Assembly (NCBI GenBank): GCA_039932995.1
Contig: JBDTOZ010000826.1
Location: forward strand, 1-58,096
Origin: Acidobacteriota bacterium
GTDB lineage: Bacteria; Acidobacteriota; Thermoanaerobaculia; Gp7-AA8
Direction of reading: 5' to 3'
Length of the DNA stretch: 58,096 bases
The notes below the pieces were generated by a model, which was not told the origin of the DNA, ran no database searches, and saw only the letters and a list, made by a program, of their open reading frames with translations. Positions 46,806 to 55,292 of the stretch are shown here, piece by piece. The position numbers and the translations under genes are program-made. The stretch's first letter is position 1. Each line of letters begins with the position of its first letter.

Positions 46806-48002
46806 TTAGCGGAGCCGCCGCTTCAGACGGTCGAGGACGGTGATGGGGCGTTCAGGGATCCCGGGCCGGGCGGCGAAGCCGTCCCTAGTGCGGTCGGTCT
46901 TCGGTGCGCGGCAGAACGTCCGCAATGGTCCAAGCGTGTCGTCCCACTGATGATCGTTCACGAACCCTTCCGTCCCGCGCGTCATCCCTTCGGGATCGAT
47001 GCTCACGATGGCCGCCGCGTACGCATTGGGAGTGTGGTCGCGCACCACGATCCCGCTGTCGTAGCGCGCGAGGATCTCGTCCGTGCCGGGCGCGGAGCTG
47101 GAGACGATCGGCAGACCGCACCACAGGTAGTCGTAGATGCGTGTGCGCATGGAGAGGTCGGTCTCGAGCGAGCGGGGGAAGGTGATCAGCGCCAGCGCGA
47201 AGCGCTCGAAGAATTCCGCGCGGCGCTCGTAGGCCACCCAGGGCTCGAAGCGGATGAAGTCGTAGCCGTTCGTGCGCGCGTAGCTCATCGCCTCCGCCAG
47301 CTTTCCCTGCGGCGTGATGTCCGGATTGGGGTGATGAGTGAACGTCAGCGTGGCATCGGGCACGGACTTGCGGACGATGGCCACCGCCTCGATTGCCGCG
47401 ATCGGGTCGTACCAGTCGTAGATGCCGCCGAAGAGGATGTCGGGGGCGGAAGGCCCGCGTCGAGCGGATCGCGGGGGAGGGACTCCGAACGGGGCCACCG
47501 CGATCAGACTCCGCAACTCGGGATCGCTCTCGAAAAGGACTGGATTGAGCCGCCCCGCCGCGAGAAGAGCCCCGAGGTAGAACATCCGCTGCGCCTCGGA
47601 AGCGCAGAGAAAAAAGTCTCCTCGTACCAGAGAGCTGGTGAGCGTGAAGTGATCGTGGCGAAAGACTTCTCCGCCCCGCTCGGCGTAGTAATGCATGTTC
47701 TCGATGATGTACGGATCGTAGAGATCGACCACCGTGGGGATCGAGTGGGCTTGCAGGAAGAACGCATTGGCCACGTGACCCTGGACCACCGCGACGTCGC
47801 TGCGCTCACTCGCGGCCAGAAGCGTCTCAGGCTGGATGGGGCCGGAGGCGCAGCCATTCACCTCACCCCCGTCCGCGGAGAGCACCGTCAGCGTGTGTCC
47901 GTCCTCCCGCAACACCCGCGCGATCTCGAGAAAACGGATTCCCACTCCGGCCGGTTGACCGTGACCGAGAGGCTCGGGACAGACGAGCAGGACCCGGCTC
48001 AT
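46806..48002 (-). CDS. GT-B fold glycosyltransferase (GT4-like)
   Basis: MSRVLLVCPEPLGHGQPAGVGIRFLEIARVL N-terminus. ATGA overlap with the upstream gene. Confidence 0.75.
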   Translation of the reverse strand: MSRVLLVCPEPLGHGQPAGVGIRFLEIARVLREDGHTLTVLSADGGEVNGCASGPIQPETLLAASERSDVAVVQGHVANAFFLQAHSIPTVVDLYDPYIIENMHYYAERGGEVFRHDHFTLTSSLVRGDFFLCASEAQRMFYLGALLAAGRLNPVLFESDPELRSLIAVAPFGVPPPRSARRGPSAPDILFGGIYDWYDPIAAIEAVAIVRKSVPDATLTFTHHPNPDITPQGKLAEAMSYARTNGYDFIRFEPWVAYERRAEFFERFALALITFPRSLETDLSMRTRIYDYLWCGLPIVSSSAPGTDEILARYDSGIVVRDHTPNAYAAAIVSIDPEGMTRGTEGFVNDHQWDDTLGPLRTFCRAPKTDRTRDGFAARPGIPERPITVLDRLKRRLR

Positions 48003-49906
48003 CCGCGTCCCCGGATTTTTTCGAGAGTGGTGTGTACCTTCCACGTCTTGGAGCCATAGATCATGTTCAGCAGCCCATTCAGACGGGCAATCTCCACGCG
48101 AAGCAGATCGATCTCGCCCGTGGCGTGATGGAACGCGCCGGTGGCCTCGCCGTGCAGACGCTGCAGCTCCGCAAACCGTTCGCCGGCCCGTTCCAGCTCA
48201 CGGGTCAGGCGCTCGACCTGGAGGGTCTTCTGCTCGTAATCGCCGACGATGCCGCTCATTGCGGCCACGGCTCCTTCGAGCTCGCGGTGGCGCAACGCGT
48301 ACCCGTTGAGAGTGTCCTGCCCAGCAGCAGCTTGTGCGATGAGGGCGTCCTTCTCGCGGGTCAGTCGCTGGATGTCCCGGTGCGCGTGATCGAGCTCGCC
48401 TCGGGACTCGACCCACTCCGACTGCAATGCGCCGGCGCGTTTCTTCTGACGCTCGAGCACATTCGCGAAAACCGTGTTTCCGATGCGGCCGGCGTGTTTT
48501 TTCCAGACGCTCAACTTGGCCGCCCGGTAGCGCTCCGACCCTTCCGGCGCCGCTAATACGACGGAGGAGCCTCCTTCGAAATGGCGGATCTCGCAGGTGA
48601 CGCGGGGCACTCTCAGAAAGTCGCCGCGTGCGGACAACCGGATCAGGTAGTCCCAATCCTCGAAGAGGTCGAACGCGGGATCGAATCCGCCCAGCTCGAG
48701 GAAGGTCTCCCGCCGCAGAAGGAGCGTCGGGAGAGGGATGTAGTTGTCTGCCAGCAGCAGGTCGCGGTCGTAATCCTGCGCAAAGAGCCGCATGCGCGAG
48801 TGCACTTCGTAGGTGCCGTCGGCCGTGGGCCGCAGAAACGCGGAAACCGCGTCCGTGTACCACGCCGCGTGCTCGGTTTCCGCCGCGGAGGCGAGTGTCT
48901 GCAGATGTTCGGGATAGAAGAGATCGTCGTCGTCGAGGAAAACCAGCAACGGGTGGGATGCCGCGCGGACGCCCGCATTCGCGGCTTCGGCCCGGCCGCG
49001 GGCAGTTTCATGCTCGACGAGCAGGACGCCTTCGACGTCGGGGCGAATCCCACCATCGTTCACGACGACGATCTCGGCCGGATAGCCTGTCGAGCGAACG
49101 GAGTCGATGGCCTGGCGCACCAGGGAGGGGCGATCCTTCGTGCGAATGACGACGCTCACCGGGGCCGCCTCGCGCACGCTCACGAGATCTGGCGGGGTTC
49201 CGACACGCCGGCGCAGATCGCTGAAGGGTGTCGTCCGCAGCGAGGGGAGATCGACGAGAAAGTAAGCCTCCGCATACTTCGTCTCCGGAGGCATGGTCAT
49301 GGCGCGGTAGGCATTCAGTCCGCGTGCATAGCCAATGTAGTCGCGGTGGGCATTCTGCGTCGCGTGCTCGCCGATGGCGGCGTACTTGGCTTCGGCGACG
49401 GCGGTAATGTCCACGATGGCGTTGGGGCGGATGGGCTGACCGACTTCGTAGAAGGCGACGCGGGCCACGGCCAGATCGGCGAACAGCGTCTCGTCGCGCT
49501 GCACGAGCTCGCAGAAGATCCGGGACAAGGAGAGGTGATCGGGGTGGATCTCGATCGGGCTGGGAACGGCGATCAGGTCGGGACGAAAGGCAAGAAGCTC
49601 CTCGCGCAGACGCGCCCCTGCTTCGTCGCCGAGGGCGCGGTCGGGAAAGCGGAGGAACTCGAGCTCCACGCCTTCGCCGAGACGGTCCAGCGCCCGGCGG
49701 GACTCCTGCTCGCGCGTGGAGGCCGCGCCGGCCTGGGCACCATCGGTGGCCACGACCACCCGCACCGGGCGCCGGTCGAGGAGATGCTGCGCGACCAGGC
49801 CGCCGCACCCGATCACCTCATCGTCCGGGTGGGGAGCCAGGATGAGCAGCCGCTCGCCGCGGAGCAGCGCCGGTTCGTACGGAATCGCCTCCGCCTCGAT
49901 CAACAC
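47999..49906 (-). CDS. three-part enzyme: PIG-L/LmbE-type deacetylase, GT2 glycosyltransferase, C-terminal coiled coil
   Basis: LILAPHPDDEVIGCGG (PIG-L); VSVVIRTKDRP...VVVNDGG...FLDDDD (GT2); about 150 aa of heptad-rich helix at the C-terminus. GTG start at 49906. Confidence 0.8.
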   Translation of the reverse strand: MLIEAEAIPYEPALLRGERLLILAPHPDDEVIGCGGLVAQHLLDRRPVRVVVATDGAQAGAASTREQESRRALDRLGEGVELEFLRFPDRALGDEAGARLREELLAFRPDLIAVPSPIEIHPDHLSLSRIFCELVQRDETLFADLAVARVAFYEVGQPIRPNAIVDITAVAEAKYAAIGEHATQNAHRDYIGYARGLNAYRAMTMPPETKYAEAYFLVDLPSLRTTPFSDLRRRVGTPPDLVSVREAAPVSVVIRTKDRPSLVRQAIDSVRSTGYPAEIVVVNDGGIRPDVEGVLLVEHETARGRAEAANAGVRAASHPLLVFLDDDDLFYPEHLQTLASAAETEHAAWYTDAVSAFLRPTADGTYEVHSRMRLFAQDYDRDLLLADNYIPLPTLLLRRETFLELGGFDPAFDLFEDWDYLIRLSARGDFLRVPRVTCEIRHFEGGSSVVLAAPEGSERYRAAKLSVWKKHAGRIGNTVFANVLERQKKRAGALQSEWVESRGELDHAHRDIQRLTREKDALIAQAAAGQDTLNGYALRHRELEGAVAAMSGIVGDYEQKTLQVERLTRELERAGERFAELQRLHGEATGAFHHATGEIDLLRVEIARLNGLLNMIYGSKTWKVHTTLEKIRGRG

Positions 49907-49912
49907 GGCCGC

Positions 49913-49918
49913 ATTATA
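49913..49918 (-). promoter_or_regulatory. candidate -10 box (CCCTATAAT on the minus strand) 6 nt upstream of the GTG start at 49906
   Basis: The minus strand reads CCCTATAATGCGGCCGTG. The spacing predicts a leaderless transcript. Confidence 0.45.
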
Positions 49919-49982
49919 GGGCGCAGGGGCGGCACGGCCGCCAGCGCTGGTTGGGCCCGCTGGAGATCGGGATCACGCGCGG

Positions 49983-50176
49983 GTCCGGAGGGCGGCGTGC
50001 CTGTGGAGCGGTAGGCTTTAGCCTGCCAGGCTCTTGCGAGACACTTCCCCTCTGCCGTCGCGGCGGCGTCACGGGACGAGGCTCCCGGCACGGCCCGTCC
50101 CGAGAGCCTCACCCGGCTTCGGCACGTGTGTCGCGAGTGCCCGGTGGACTAAAACTAAAGTCCACCGCTCCACAAC
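49983..50176 (-). mobile_element. MITE-like non-coding repeat, copy 2 (inverted relative to copy 1)
   Basis: Its reverse complement aligns with 8693-8880 at about 90% identity, with a 5-nt TTAGT duplication. It lies between divergent gene starts. Confidence 0.75.
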
Positions 50177-50225
50177 TCAAAGTTAGCTCGTATGCCCTCC
50201 TGCCTCCTGCCTCGAGCCCTGCCCC

Positions 50226-50231
50226 TATAAT
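50226..50231 (+). promoter_or_regulatory. candidate -10 box (CCCCTATAAT) 14 nt upstream of the GGDEF gene ATG
   Basis: Exact TATAAT. No Shine-Dalgarno sequence between it and the ATG at 50246. Confidence 0.45.
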
Positions 50232-50245
50232 GCGTCCGGGTTCGT

Positions 50246-51286
50246 ATGACGGAAGACAGTACGCTCGACGAGCTGGTGCGACTGCGCGCCGAGCATCGTC
50301 AGCTGAGCGATCTCCTGAAGCTCATCCAGGAGTTGACGTCCACGGTCGTGCGGAGCGAGTCCGTCAGCGACCTGTTCGCGCGCGCCTTCGCGACGCTGTT
50401 CGGGTGCGTCAAGTTCGACGCCGGTGCCGCGGTGATGATCGAACAGCACCTGGAGCTTTTCGTCAGCACCCGTGCCGACGCCGCTGAACTGCTCGACGAC
50501 CGCTTGGTGACGAGCATCCGCCGCACGTTGGAGGAGCGGATTCCGGTCTCCTTCGCCTCGACGGAGATCGTAGTCATGGCCGAGAGTCATGACCTCCCGG
50601 TGGACGACAGGGTCGCGGGGATCGACTTCCAGTCCTCCGCTCTGCTCGCGCACGAGCAACGAACCGCGGGGTTGCTGCTAGTGGCGCGCATGGAGCCTTT
50701 CTCCGATCGCGAGGAACAGATCCTGGCCATCTTCGCCACGCAGGTGTCGATGCTCCTGGACACCATCCGGGCGCGGGAGCGCATCGTCAACCTCTCCGAG
50801 ACGGACGACCTGACCGGGGTCTGGAACCGCCGCTACTTCCGCCGTCAACTGCCTCATGAGATCGAGCGGGCGCACACGTTCGGCGTGCCTCTGGCCCTGC
50901 TGATCTTCGACATCGACGCCTTCAAGGAGATCAACGACAACTTCGGGCACCTGATCGGCGACGTCGTGCTTTCCGAGTTGTGCGGATCGGTGAGGGAGAC
51001 CCTCCGTCCCACGGACATGCTGGCGCGCTACGGCGGCGACGAGTTCGCGGTCATCCTTCCTCATACGGATCTGGGCGGAGCCACCGCGGTGGCCGAGCGG
51101 ATCCTCACGCGCATCCGCGCGGTGACCATCCCCACCGACGACGAAGGGGCCATTCAATGCTCCGTCTCGATCGGCATTGCCGAATATCACCGCGACGAGG
51201 ACCGCTCCAGCGAGGATCTCGTGCGCCGCGCGGACGAACGACTCTATCTCTCGAAACGGCACGGCAAAAATCGATACACTGCATAG
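50246..51286 (+). CDS. GAF-domain diguanylate cyclase (GGDEF)
   Basis: DDLTGVWNRRYF, DIDAFKEINDNFGH, and ARYGGDEFAV active site. N-terminal ~170 aa are GAF-like. Confidence 0.9.
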   Translation: MTEDSTLDELVRLRAEHRQLSDLLKLIQELTSTVVRSESVSDLFARAFATLFGCVKFDAGAAVMIEQHLELFVSTRADAAELLDDRLVTSIRRTLEERIPVSFASTEIVVMAESHDLPVDDRVAGIDFQSSALLAHEQRTAGLLLVARMEPFSDREEQILAIFATQVSMLLDTIRARERIVNLSETDDLTGVWNRRYFRRQLPHEIERAHTFGVPLALLIFDIDAFKEINDNFGHLIGDVVLSELCGSVRETLRPTDMLARYGGDEFAVILPHTDLGGATAVAERILTRIRAVTIPTDDEGAIQCSVSIGIAEYHRDEDRSSEDLVRRADERLYLSKRHGKNRYTA

Positions 51287-51287
51287 G

Positions 51288-51354
51288 GCTGGTTGGCGGT
51301 TGACGGTTCAACCGCGACGACAACCCCAACCGCAACCGCCAACCGATACCAACC
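51288..51354. repeat. heptamer-array palindrome (GGTTGGC/GGTTGAC type) abutting the tpiA ATG
   Basis: GGTTGGCGGTTG (51291-51302) is exactly complementary to CAACCGCCAACC (51333-51344). Both arms show 7-nt periodicity. Confidence 0.75.
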
Positions 51355-52089
51355 ATGTCCCTTCACCTCATCGCCAATTGGAAAATGAACCTTCCGCCGG
51401 AAGGGATCGAGCGCTATCTGGCCACCATCGGCGGGACGGATCCTCGCGATGTGGAGCTGGTCATCGCTCCGCCGTTTCCGTTCCTCCGGCACGTGGTGAG
51501 TTGCGGGCAGGGACTGGGCGTGGCCGCCCAGAACTGCAGCGAGCAGGAGGCGGGCGCGCTGACAGGAGAGGTCTCGCCGGTCATGCTGCGGGAGTGCGGC
51601 GTGGAACGAGTGATCCTCGGACACTCCGAGCGCCGCACGCTCTTTCACGAGACCGATGCGCTCATCGCGCGCAAACTATCGTTGGCCATTCGTACGGGGC
51701 TGCGCCCGATCCTCTGCATCGGGGAAGACCTCCGCGTGCGCGACCTGGGCAAAGTCGCCACCCACCTCGCGGATCAGCTCAGAGTCGCCGCCGTTCCCGA
51801 GCTCGAGTCCGCCAGCGGCCTGATCGTGGCCTACGAACCGGTGTGGGCCATCGGGACCGGTCGCAGCGCCACCGGGGCCATGGTGGCGGACACCGTGGCC
51901 GACATCCGTACCGCTCTGCAACGATTCTGGCCGTCCCATCTGACGAGCTCGCCGATCGTCTACGGAGGCAGTGTCACCCCGGAGAACGTCATCGAGCTCA
52001 TGGAGCATGGGACGATCGACGGCTTCCTGGTGGGAGGAGCCAGTCTCGATTCCCGGAAGTTCCTGGCGATCCACGCCGGAATGCGCTGA
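51355..52089 (+). CDS. tpiA: triose-phosphate isomerase
   Basis: NWKMN, GHSERR, YEPVWAIGTG, YGGSV. Confidence 0.95.
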   Translation: MSLHLIANWKMNLPPEGIERYLATIGGTDPRDVELVIAPPFPFLRHVVSCGQGLGVAAQNCSEQEAGALTGEVSPVMLRECGVERVILGHSERRTLFHETDALIARKLSLAIRTGLRPILCIGEDLRVRDLGKVATHLADQLRVAAVPELESASGLIVAYEPVWAIGTGRSATGAMVADTVADIRTALQRFWPSHLTSSPIVYGGSVTPENVIELMEHGTIDGFLVGGASLDSRKFLAIHAGMR

Positions 52090-52230
52090 CGGCACGGACC
52101 TGGGGAAGGGTGGGGCGGCCGGCAACCAACCGTCGGAAATGGGGAAAGCCACAACGCTTGACGTCTCCGCCGTTTGCGGGAACAATGCGCAGCCCGGGCC
52201 GGTTTGCGGTCTGGCATCACCGGAGAATTC

Positions 52231-52527
52231 ATGATCGTTTTCCTCGTCACCTTGCACGTCCTCATCAGTCTCTTCCTGATCCTCGTGGTCCTGGTCCAAC
52301 AGGGCAAAGGCGCGGATCTCGCGGGAGCATTCGGGGGAGGCGGCTCGCAGACCGCGTTCGGCGCGCGCGGCGCGACCACGCTTCTGCACAAATTGACGAC
52401 CGGTTTCTTCGTTGCCTTCGTCATCACCTCTCTGGCTCTGGCCGTGTTGCAGGCCCGGCCTCGCAGCTCGGTCATGTCCGGGGATACCCCGGCCGCAGCG
52501 CCCACGGCGCCTGCGACCAAGAAGTAA
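52231..52527 (+). CDS. secG: preprotein translocase subunit SecG
   Basis: LILVVLVQQGKGADLAGAFGGGGSQTAFG. GGAGA RBS at 52222-52226. Confidence 0.9.
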   Translation: MIVFLVTLHVLISLFLILVVLVQQGKGADLAGAFGGGGSQTAFGARGATTLLHKLTTGFFVAFVITSLALAVLQARPRSSVMSGDTPAAAPTAPATKK

Positions 52528-52549
52528 GCGCAGCTTCGCTCTTTGACCT

Positions 52550-52634
<85 letters not shown>

Positions 52635-52649
52635 ATCAGCATTCCACGC

Positions 52650-52678
52650 AAAAAGGCTCGCCACTGGCGAGCCTTTTT
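52650..52678 (+). terminator. rho-independent (bidirectional-type) terminator after tRNA-Leu
   Basis: Stem GGCTCGCC/GGCGAGCC with a 3-nt loop, flanked by AAAAA and TTTTT. Confidence 0.8.
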
Positions 52679-52689
52679 GCGTTGCACGC

Positions 52690-52781
52690 GGTTACTGGTT
52701 GCTGGTTGTCTGTGGTGTTCGGTTCTTGCGATCCGCATCGCTAGTTACGAAAAACCCCAGACAACCAGCAACCAGCAACAG
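52690..52781. repeat. heptamer-array palindrome, GTTGCTG type
   Basis: GTTACTGGTTGCTGGTTGTCTG (left) against CAGACAACCAGCAACCAGCAAC (right), 21/22 complementary, with a loop of about 40 nt. It lies between convergent genes. Confidence 0.85.
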
Positions 52782-52796
52782 ACTTTGGCAACCGAA

Positions 52797-53117
52797 TCAC
52801 TTTTCCGTGATGCGCCGATCGTATTCCGCGGCGCGATCCAGGAAAGACTCGATCGAACGGCCCAGGGCGAGTTTCTCGGCGAGCTCGGCAGCGTTGTCGA
52901 AGTCGGCGCGGAGCCGCTCGGATTCGGCCAGGTAATAGTCGCGCAGGCCCACCTCGATCTTGAACTCCGGATACTTCTCCGCGAGGGTGCGCATCCACTC
53001 TTCCACCTGACGGCGGCGGTCCTTGTCTCCCACCCCTGACTTGAGGTCGGCCAGAAGTGTGCCCACGACACCGGAGAGGATCTGCATGCGCTGCTGGTGG
53101 ACCGCATCATTGGCCAT
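52797..53117 (-). CDS. hypothetical helical protein
   Basis: Start MANDAVHQQRM at 53117 with a balanced composition. The overlapping ORF 52745-53245 is Arg/Ser/Trp-rich and rejected. Confidence 0.55.
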   Translation of the reverse strand: MANDAVHQQRMQILSGVVGTLLADLKSGVGDKDRRRQVEEWMRTLAEKYPEFKIEVGLRDYYLAESERLRADFDNAAELAEKLALGRSIESFLDRAAEYDRRITEK

Positions 53118-53183
53118 GGTGGCGCATTGTAAGTCAGAGGACGCATCGACGCCCCCTGTGCACCCTCCGCCCTCTGGGCTCTG

Positions 53184-53189
53184 TACAAT
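53184..53189 (+). promoter_or_regulatory. candidate -10 box TACAAT 9 nt upstream of the accC ATG
   Basis: Reads CTGTACAATGCCCGCCGCATG. There is no room for a Shine-Dalgarno sequence. Confidence 0.4.
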
Positions 53190-53198
53190 GCCCGCCGC

Positions 53199-54698
53199 AT
53201 GAAAGTCCTCATCGCCAATCGGGGCGAGATCGCGGTTCGCATCATCCGCGCCTGTCGGGAGCTCGGCTATCCGACGGTGGCGGTTTACTCCGAGCCTGAC
53301 CGGGCCGCCCTGCACGTCGTCTCGGCCGACCAGGCCATGCCCATCGGGGCGGCGCCCTCACGCGAGAGTTACCTGCGCATCGACCGCATCCTCGAAGCCG
53401 CGAAGAAGAGTGGCGCGGACGCCATCCATCCAGGCTATGGCTTCCTGGCCGAGAACGCGGGGTTTGCCCGTGCCTGCCGGGACGCGGGCCTGCTTTTCAT
53501 CGGCCCCTCTCCCGAGTCGATCGACGCCATGGGGTCGAAGACCGAGGCGCGGGCGCGCATGCAGGCCGCCGGCGTGCCGGTGGTCCCCGGACTCATAGAC
53601 CCGGTGAAATCCTTCGACGAGATCGCCGCCTTCGCGCGGGAGGCCGGCTTCCCGATCATGATCAAGGCTGCCGCGGGTGGAGGGGGGAAGGGCATGCGGC
53701 GCATCGATCGGGAGGAGGAGCTCTTTCCTGCCTTCGAGCGCGTGACCAGCGAGGCCGCCTCCTTCTTCGGCGACGCCTCGGTTTACGCCGAGAAGTTCAT
53801 CGAGTCGCCGCGGCACATCGAAGTGCAGATCCTCGGCGATCAGCACGGCAACATCGTTCACGTGGGGGAGCGCGAGTGCACTCTGCAACGCCGTCATCAG
53901 AAAGTGATCGAGGAAGCGCCCTCGCCCGTCGTCGATGCCGAGCTCCGCGAGAAGCTCGGTGCGATGGCCGTCAAGGCCGCGGCCGCGGTGAACTACTACT
54001 CCACCGGTACGATCGAGTGCCTGATGGGTCCGGACCGCGCGTTCTATTTTCTGGAGATGAATACACGTCTGCAGGTCGAGCATCCGGTCACCGAAATGGT
54101 CTGGGGCCTCGATCTGGTCAAGGAACAGTTGCGTGTGGCGCGCGGGGAGAAGCTGACCTTCACCCAAGCCGACCTGCAGCCGGCCGGACACGCCATCGAA
54201 TGCCGCATCTACGCGGAAGACCCGTCCCGGAAGTTCGCGCCCTCGCCCGGTCTGATTCGTTACATCAGCCTGCCCGAGGGTCCGGGCGTGCGTAACGATC
54301 AGGGCGTCTACGCGGGCTACACCGTGCCGGTGTTCTACGATCCGATGCTCTCGAAGTTGATCGTGCACGGACAGACGCGCGAGGCGGCCATTGCGCGCAT
54401 GCGCCGGGCCCTCTCCGAGTACCGCGTCGAAGGGATCATGACCACGATCCCGTTCTTCAGCTTCATCATGAACCACCCCGATTTCGTGGCCGGCCGGTTC
54501 GACACCGGATTCATCGACCGCATCCTTCCTGACATCGACTTCGATCAGCAGAAGGCCGATCCGCGGTACCGCGACGCGGCCATCGCCGCGGCGGCCATCC
54601 TGGCCTTCGAGGACTCGCAGAAAGTGAAGCTGCCGGATGACGTCCCTTCGCGCTGGCGGGATGCCGCGCGCGAGGAAGCGGTCGGAGGCCGGCAATGA
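53199..54698 (+). CDS. accC: biotin carboxylase (acetyl/acyl-CoA carboxylase)
   Basis: MKVLIANRGEIAVRIIRA, ATP-grasp GGGGKGMR, EMNTRLQVEHPVTE. Confidence 0.95.
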   Translation: MKVLIANRGEIAVRIIRACRELGYPTVAVYSEPDRAALHVVSADQAMPIGAAPSRESYLRIDRILEAAKKSGADAIHPGYGFLAENAGFARACRDAGLLFIGPSPESIDAMGSKTEARARMQAAGVPVVPGLIDPVKSFDEIAAFAREAGFPIMIKAAAGGGGKGMRRIDREEELFPAFERVTSEAASFFGDASVYAEKFIESPRHIEVQILGDQHGNIVHVGERECTLQRRHQKVIEEAPSPVVDAELREKLGAMAVKAAAAVNYYSTGTIECLMGPDRAFYFLEMNTRLQVEHPVTEMVWGLDLVKEQLRVARGEKLTFTQADLQPAGHAIECRIYAEDPSRKFAPSPGLIRYISLPEGPGVRNDQGVYAGYTVPVFYDPMLSKLIVHGQTREAAIARMRRALSEYRVEGIMTTIPFFSFIMNHPDFVAGRFDTGFIDRILPDIDFDQQKADPRYRDAAIAAAAILAFEDSQKVKLPDDVPSRWRDAAREEAVGGRQ

Positions 54699-55192
54699 AG
54701 TATGTGGTGCGCGACGGCGATACAGACCTCTCCGTGGAGGTCCACCGTCACGGTGCCGGCTATCGGGTGCGCATCGATGAGCGCTGGCTGGACGTCGACC
54801 TGGTCGATGCCGGCGGCTTCGTCCGCTCTCTCCGTCTCGAGGACGGAAGCCAGTTCTCGATCGTCCATCATCAGGAGGGAAACCGTCACGAGATTTCGTT
54901 CCCCGAGTCGACGGTGGTCCTCGAAGTGATCGATCCCCTGGCGGCGAAACGGCGTGGTCGCGACGACGAGATCGGCGCCACCGGCGCCATCAAAGCCCTC
55001 ATGCCCGGTCGCGTCGTCCGTGTCCTGGTGGCCGAGGGTGAGGTCGTGCGCAAGGGCACCGGTCTGCTCATCCTGGAGGCGATGAAGATGGAGAACGAGA
55101 TCCTGGCTCTGGCCGACGGCACGGTTCAGCGGATCTTCGTCACCGCCGGCCAGACCGTGGAGCTCGGCGTGGAACTGATGTTCCTCGAGTAG
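54695..55192 (+). CDS. biotin carboxyl carrier domain protein (BT-like N-terminus plus biotinyl domain)
   Basis: LILEAMKMENEI biotinylation motif. ATGA overlap with accC. Confidence 0.85.
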   Translation: MKYVVRDGDTDLSVEVHRHGAGYRVRIDERWLDVDLVDAGGFVRSLRLEDGSQFSIVHHQEGNRHEISFPESTVVLEVIDPLAAKRRGRDDEIGATGAIKALMPGRVVRVLVAEGEVVRKGTGLLILEAMKMENEILALADGTVQRIFVTAGQTVELGVELMFLE

Positions 55193-55246
55193 CGGTCGTC
55201 GCCGGAGCCGGGGCCGCGGAACATGCGGTGAGAACAGGCCGGTTCG

Positions 55247-55270
55247 GACCAGTAGCCAGTAACCGGCAAC
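55247..55270. repeat. short heptamer array (CCAGTAG CCAGTAA CCGGCAA)
   Basis: 7-nt periodicity. CCAGTAACC is the reverse complement of the GGTTACTGG unit at 52690. GCCGGTT/AACCGGC can pair across it. Confidence 0.45.
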
Positions 55271-55277
55271 ACGCTCC

Positions 55278-55283
55278 TATAAT
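55278..55283 (+). promoter_or_regulatory. candidate -10 box (TCCTATAAT) 9 nt upstream of the ATG at 55293
   Basis: Exact TATAAT. The spacing predicts a leader of 2-3 nt. Confidence 0.45.
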
Positions 55284-55292
55284 CCTTCCACC

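Noticed and set aside
8693-50176. The two inverted MITE-like copies considered as ends of a 41-kb composite transposon or genomic island.
   Set aside because: The interior holds core respiratory and ATP synthase genes and no transposase or integrase. The repeat homology ends are not flanked by matching target-site duplications that I can see. A dispersed small element is the simpler explanation.
52745-53245. ORF 52745-53245(-) as the gene between tRNA-Leu and accC.
   Set aside because: Its composition is rich in Arg, Ser, Trp and Met, and it overlaps the heptamer palindrome and the accC start. The 52797-53117 frame has protein-like helical sequence.
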